Below, in pieces: positions 34,126-37,800 of a DNA stretch of 37,800 nt. This DNA is from an uncultured Treponemataceae bacterium. GTDB taxonomy: Bacteria > Spirochaetota > Spirochaetia > Treponematales > Treponemataceae. The position numbers were made by a program, and so were the translations under genes. The DNA is taken from contig CAYJKA010000001.1 of the NCBI GenBank assembly GCA_964370655.1, forward strand, positions 12,660-50,459, in the 5' to 3' direction. Position 1 is the stretch's first letter. Each line of letters opens with the position of its first letter. The notes beneath the pieces are model-generated. The model saw only the letters and a program-made list of their open reading frames with translations. It was not told where the DNA came from and searched no databases.

Positions 34126-35274
34126 TTATATATTATCTTCTTTCTCTTCTTCTGTGCTTTGATTTTCAGCTTCCTCTTCGGCTCTTTCTTTTTCTTCTGC
34201 ATAGCTACCTAAGAACACAGAAATTGGGTGAAGTGTTTGGAAGTTTTCGCATACAATTTTTAGAATTACCATCATTGGAACACCGAGTACCAGCCCTGTG
34301 AATCCCCATAACCATCCCCAGAATGAAAGAGATACTATGATAACAAATGGAGACAAACCTAGTTGTCGCCCTTGTATTCTTGGTTCTAAAAAATTTCCTA
34401 AAGCAAAGTTTACTGCAAGCATTAATATTGCAGTTGCAATAACGGGAGCTGGGTCAGGGAAAAATTGAACAAGTGCGAAAATTGTAGTGATAATTCCAGA
34501 AAAAATAGAACCAAAATTTGGTATAAAGTTTAGTACAAATGCAATAAACGCCCATACAATTGGAAAGTCTAGTCCAATAATAAGTGTTCCTATAAACACA
34601 AGTATACCGGTTGCAAGTGAAATGAAAAATTTTACAGAAATATAGCGAATAGTTTGCTCAATGATATTTGTAATAATGCCAGTTACTTTTTCTTTGTTTT
34701 CATCTCCAAACATTATATCAAGTTTTTTTCGCAAAAATCGTAGTTCCATTAAAAAGAAAACTGCGAAAAGTGTAACGAGTGTAACGTTTGCCATGAAAGA
34801 TAATAGATTTCCTGAAAAACTAAAGGCAAAATTTTGTATTGTCTGGCGTATTCCAACTTGACTCCATAGATTTTCAATAAGTGTAAACTCTTCATTGAAG
34901 GTGAGGTTGAAAAATACTGCTAGAGAAGAATAGATTACAGTAAAACGTTCTTCGTATTTAGGAAGTAAATCTACAATTGTTAACAGGCTTGAAATAAGTA
35001 AGCTTCCAAATGCTGTAACTGCAATTAGCACAATTACCAAAATTACAGCAATACCCAATAACCATGGAATTTTAAATTTTTTATTAAGTGTGAGTAATAA
35101 AGGCTCAAATACAAGCGAAATTAAAACCGCCATAGTAGCAGGAATAAAAACTGAAGCTGTTAGATGTAATACAGCAGTAAATACTATTATTACAAGTACA
35201 AGTAAGAGTAAAAATATTGGGCGTGCAAAATTCATTTGCTTTTTTAATTTAGTAATCTTTTCATGATCCATCAT
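34126..35274 (-). CDS. AI-2E family transporter (PerM/UPF0118)
   Basis: About 8 TM segments, conserved FIPNFGSI and LGLSPFVIIVSLSFWGWLWGFTGLVLGVPMMVILKIV, acidic C-tail. The second ATG (35271) has better spacing to GAGGAG, so the start is ambiguous by one codon. Confidence 0.8.
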   Translation of the reverse strand: MMDHEKITKLKKQMNFARPIFLLLLVLVIIVFTAVLHLTASVFIPATMAVLISLVFEPLLLTLNKKFKIPWLLGIAVILVIVLIAVTAFGSLLISSLLTIVDLLPKYEERFTVIYSSLAVFFNLTFNEEFTLIENLWSQVGIRQTIQNFAFSFSGNLLSFMANVTLVTLFAVFFLMELRFLRKKLDIMFGDENKEKVTGIITNIIEQTIRYISVKFFISLATGILVFIGTLIIGLDFPIVWAFIAFVLNFIPNFGSIFSGIITTIFALVQFFPDPAPVIATAILMLAVNFALGNFLEPRIQGRQLGLSPFVIIVSLSFWGWLWGFTGLVLGVPMMVILKIVCENFQTLHPISVFLGSYAEEKERAEEEAENQSTEEEKEDNI

Positions 35275-35307
35275 ATACTCCTCATTTTACTCTTACACGA
35301 AGTTGTA

Positions 35308-36585
35308 TTATTTTTTTGCTGGGATTACATCAAATCCACAAAGAGGAACAAGCGCTTGAGGAATTGTAACTGAACCATCTTCATTTTGATTGTTTTCAAG
35401 TACTGCAATAATTGCTCTAGAAATTGCAATGGCGGTACCGTTAAGCATATGAACAAATTTATTTTTTCCATCATCATCTTTAAAACGAACATTTAAGCGT
35501 CTTGATTGGAAGTCGGTACAGTTTGAAGTAGAGGTAACTTCTCCCCATTCGCCGCCGTTTCTACCTGGCATCCATGCTTCTAAGTCCCATTTTCTATACG
35601 CTGGAGCACCTAAGTCACCAGTACAAGTGTCTACAACACGGTATGGAATGTTTAAACCTTCAAATATTTCTTGTTCAATATTTCTAAGTTTTTCATGAAT
35701 TTCATCTGATTGTTCAGGTAAACAATATACAAACATTTCAACCTTTGTAAATTGGTGAACGCGGTACAAGCCTTTTGAAAATTGGCCAGAGGCTCCTGCT
35801 TCTCTTCTAAAGCAGTGAGAAATACCACCGTACATTAATGGAAGTGTTTCTTTTTTGAGTATTTCGTTAGAATGATATCCACCAAGGGTAATTTCTGCAG
35901 TTGCTACTAAACATGCATTTTCACCTTCTAATGTGTACACGTTAGATTCATTTCCTCTAGGGTTAAATCCAATACCTTCTAAAATTTCTTCGCGTGCTAC
36001 GTCTGGAGTAGTGAAGGGCATAAAGCCATGTTTTCTAAGCACATTAAGTGTGTACATTATAAGGGCTTGTTCTAAAAACACTGCTTCATTTTTTAAGTAG
36101 TAAAATTTAGTTCCAGAAACCTTTGTTGCGCGGTCAAAGTCAATAATATCTAAGTCTTGGCCTAGTTGTACGTGGTCTTTTGCTTCAAAAGAAAATTTTG
36201 GAATGTCACCCCAAACGTGTACTTGCGGATTGTCAGTGTCTTCAACACCAATTGGAGCATCTTTATGTGCCATGTTAGGAATTTTTAAAGCGGCTTGCTT
36301 TAAGTCTTCTTCAACTTTTGTAACTTCAGCTTCAAGACTAGCAATATCTTCTTTTATTGCTTTACCTTCTGCAATAAGCTTTTGTCTTTCAGCGTCCGTT
36401 AGTTTAGCTTTCATTGCATTAGCATTTTCATTTCTTTTGGCTTGCTTTTCTTGTAAAGCAGTAACAACTTCCGCTCTTTTATCAAAAAGAGTTACAACAG
36501 CATCAGCATCGGCAACCATGTTCCGATTTTTAATATTTTTCTTTACCTCATCGAGGTTTTCTTTAATAAAACGATAATCTAACAT
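35308..36585 (-). CDS. serS: Serine--tRNA ligase
   Basis: Canonical N-terminus MLDYRFIKENLDEVKKNI, N-terminal coiled-coil arm, class-II motif 2 HCFRREAGASG, motif 3 GTAIAISRAIIAVLEN. The 20 extra codons in the track ORF are not found in SerRS. Confidence 0.93.
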   Translation of the reverse strand: MLDYRFIKENLDEVKKNIKNRNMVADADAVVTLFDKRAEVVTALQEKQAKRNENANAMKAKLTDAERQKLIAEGKAIKEDIASLEAEVTKVEEDLKQAALKIPNMAHKDAPIGVEDTDNPQVHVWGDIPKFSFEAKDHVQLGQDLDIIDFDRATKVSGTKFYYLKNEAVFLEQALIMYTLNVLRKHGFMPFTTPDVAREEILEGIGFNPRGNESNVYTLEGENACLVATAEITLGGYHSNEILKKETLPLMYGGISHCFRREAGASGQFSKGLYRVHQFTKVEMFVYCLPEQSDEIHEKLRNIEQEIFEGLNIPYRVVDTCTGDLGAPAYRKWDLEAWMPGRNGGEWGEVTSTSNCTDFQSRRLNVRFKDDDGKNKFVHMLNGTAIAISRAIIAVLENNQNEDGSVTIPQALVPLCGFDVIPAKK

Positions 36586-36591
36586 GAGTTT

Positions 36592-36620
36592 ATTATATAG
36601 ATAAGTAGGGTTTTGTTCAA
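36592..36620 (-). promoter_or_regulatory. Sigma-70 promoter of serS (TTGAAC-17 nt-TATAAT), with -10 ending 6 nt before the ATG
   Basis: Minus strand reads TTGAAC (36620-36615), a 17-nt spacer, TATAAT (36597-36592), AAACTC, then ATG (36585). No Shine-Dalgarno. Confidence 0.6.
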
Positions 36621-36673
36621 TATAATTATGCATAACAATTAACAATTATTTTAATGAAAAACTGAACGCACAT

Positions 36674-36720
36674 AAAAAAGCTAACGTATATCCTGAAAAA
36701 AATCAGTATTTACGTTAGCT
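36674..36720 (-). terminator. Rho-independent terminator of the NDK-like gene
   Basis: 18-nt arms AGCTAACGTATATCCTGA / TCAGTATTTACGTTAGCT (16 of 18 paired, 6-nt A loop), followed on the minus strand by TTTTTATG. Lies 38 nt downstream of the stop at 36758. Confidence 0.7.
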
Positions 36721-36757
36721 CTCACTTATTAATTATGCATTATTAATTGTTAATTAT

Positions 36758-37800
36758 TCAATCTTCCCCATATTCTTCATAGTATTCATCGATTCTTTCG
36801 GCAAGTGTATTTCTATTTATTTGTATTATTCCCATTTCACGTTTTGCGTTTTCGGTTGAATCTGAAGCGTGGGCAGAGTTTACCATTACATTTGATCCAA
36901 ACTCTTTGCGAATTGTTCCGCCTTCAGCTTTTGTAGGATCTGTTGCACCAAGTACTTGTCTTATTCTATCTACAGCATTTTCGCCTTCATAAATGAGAAC
37001 CATACATTTTACTTTTCCAGGATCTGCAAGTTCATTTTCAGGGCAGTGTGATGGTTTTGTTCCAGACATAAACTCAACAATGCTTTCAAATTGATCAATT
37101 GCAAAGTCTTTCCCAAAGCTATTACAAATCATCTTTCTTGACTCACTTGTTAAGCGCACATCAAATTGTTTTTCAAGTGTTTTTATTGCTTTTTCACCAA
37201 TTGATTCAGAAAGTTTTTCTACAAGGATATCTTTTACAGGTCCATAGAACTCTAAGGCTTGCGCTACAGACATTCTAAACATTTTACAGCCAATAATCCT
37301 AAGGCCTGTTCTAGAAAACATGTCAATAATTGATCCTGGTCTTGATGACGCAAACTTCCAGTTGTCAGGCTTAATAATAACAAGTGTTCTTTCAATATTT
37401 ACAGGGTTAATGTGTTTAATATTTTCAACAATGTTTGGTTGAGTTTTAAGATACTTACTGAACATTTTTAGGGTAAATGCAATGCTCTTTGGTGTTCGTG
37501 CCACAATTACTGCAGGTTCAAAATATTTTACAACAGTTTTTTCTTTATCTGCCCAAATAATATCTGCATAAGTGTCTCGAACTGTTTCGCCCGCAGTTTC
37601 GCCTTCATCAATGTATCGAACTTCGTATAAGCCGCCGCAAATTTTGTAAATTTTTTCTCTAGCGTCCTCACCTTTAAAAAGAAGAAGCATTGTTCTATGT
37701 CTTCTGCCATCAGATGGCATTAAATTTTCTAGTATATAATCTTGGAAAAGCTTTGCCTTCTTTTGTGGCAATCCATACAGTTCGTAATCATCTACAGAAG
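36758..37800 (-). CDS. Long nucleoside-diphosphate-kinase-like protein with an N-terminal extension and internal insertions (5' end probably beyond the window)
   Basis: NDK core motifs IERTLVIIKPD, ALEFYGP, IVEFMSG, VLIYEGENAVDRIRQVLGATDP, GGTIRKEFG, NSAHASDS (catalytic His). The frame stays open from the TTG at 37771 to base 37800, so the true start may lie outside the window. Confidence 0.7.
   Translation of the reverse strand, partial: SVDDYELYGLPQKKAKLFQDYILENLMPSDGRRHRTMLLLFKGEDAREKIYKICGGLYEVRYIDEGETAGETVRDTYADIIWADKEKTVVKYFEPAVIVARTPKSIAFTLKMFSKYLKTQPNIVENIKHINPVNIERTLVIIKPDNWKFASSRPGSIIDMFSRTGLRIIGCKMFRMSVAQALEFYGPVKDILVEKLSESIGEKAIKTLEKQFDVRLTSESRKMICNSFGKDFAIDQFESIVEFMSGTKPSHCPENELADPGKVKCMVLIYEGENAVDRIRQVLGATDPTKAEGGTIRKEFGSNVMVNSAHASDSTENAKREMGIIQINRNTLAERIDEYYEEYGED

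Noticed and set aside
36586-36645. A 20-codon N-terminal extension of serS in the ORF track, and likewise 27 extra codons on the aconitase ORF at 31635-31715
   Set aside because: The family N-termini (MLDYRF for SerRS; MALSVAEKIL preceded by GGAGG for aconitase) start at the internal ATGs. The extensions would overlap the promoter or hairpin elements and have odd composition.
1-37800. CRISPR arrays, IS elements, rRNA, tmRNA, riboswitch or T-box leaders
   Set aside because: No regularly spaced direct repeats and no transposase-like ORFs were seen. The ileS and serS upstream regions (90 nt, and a leaderless-type promoter) are too short and lack specifier or T-box features. ssrA is not adjacent to smpB in this window.

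Overview
AT-rich bacterial chromosomal window whose content looks spirochaete-like, probably Treponema-like. This rests on flhA-flhF-flhG-X-fliA-DUF342 synteny, a long type-2 IleRS, many L-x-[SG]-C lipoboxes and Maf genes; it is inference, not a database hit.

Gene order:
- 3' end of a flagellar export operon: flhA (partial), flhF, flhG.
- A 2-TM/acidic ORF, fliA (sigma-28), a DUF342/FapA-like protein and two small uncharacterised ORFs.
- smpB plus a secreted ORF, then convergent tsaC-like and ftsB-like genes.
- A plus-strand four-gene unit preceded by an exact sigma-28 -10 box. It encodes a hyper-acidic protein of about 745 aa, two tandem Maf/DUF115 paralogues and a 2-TM protein with a degenerate GGDEF domain.
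- A long minus-strand string: ileS, three paralogous lipoproteins, an N-terminally extended UPRT and a TPR lipoprotein.
- An orphan four-carbon-acid sugar kinase.
- tRNA-Pro(UGG) abutting a TSUP/TauE permease gene.
- A ComFB-domain protein, an HD phosphohydrolase translationally coupled to an aconitase, and three unknown genes.
- An AI-2E transporter, serS and an unusual long NDK-like gene (partial).

No CRISPR array, transposase, integrase, rRNA or recognisable defence or toxin genes were seen.

Most notable observations:
- The putative sigma-28-driven acidic-protein/Maf/Maf/degenerate-GGDEF unit.
- A recurring promoter geometry in which the -10 hexamer sits exactly 6 nt before the ATG. This implies leaderless mRNAs for smpB, serS and possibly a 160-aa ORF.
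- A tRNA whose 3' end lies 1 nt from a start codon.
- A tandem lipoprotein triplication inside the ileS transcription unit.
- A ComFB-plus-extra-domain protein.
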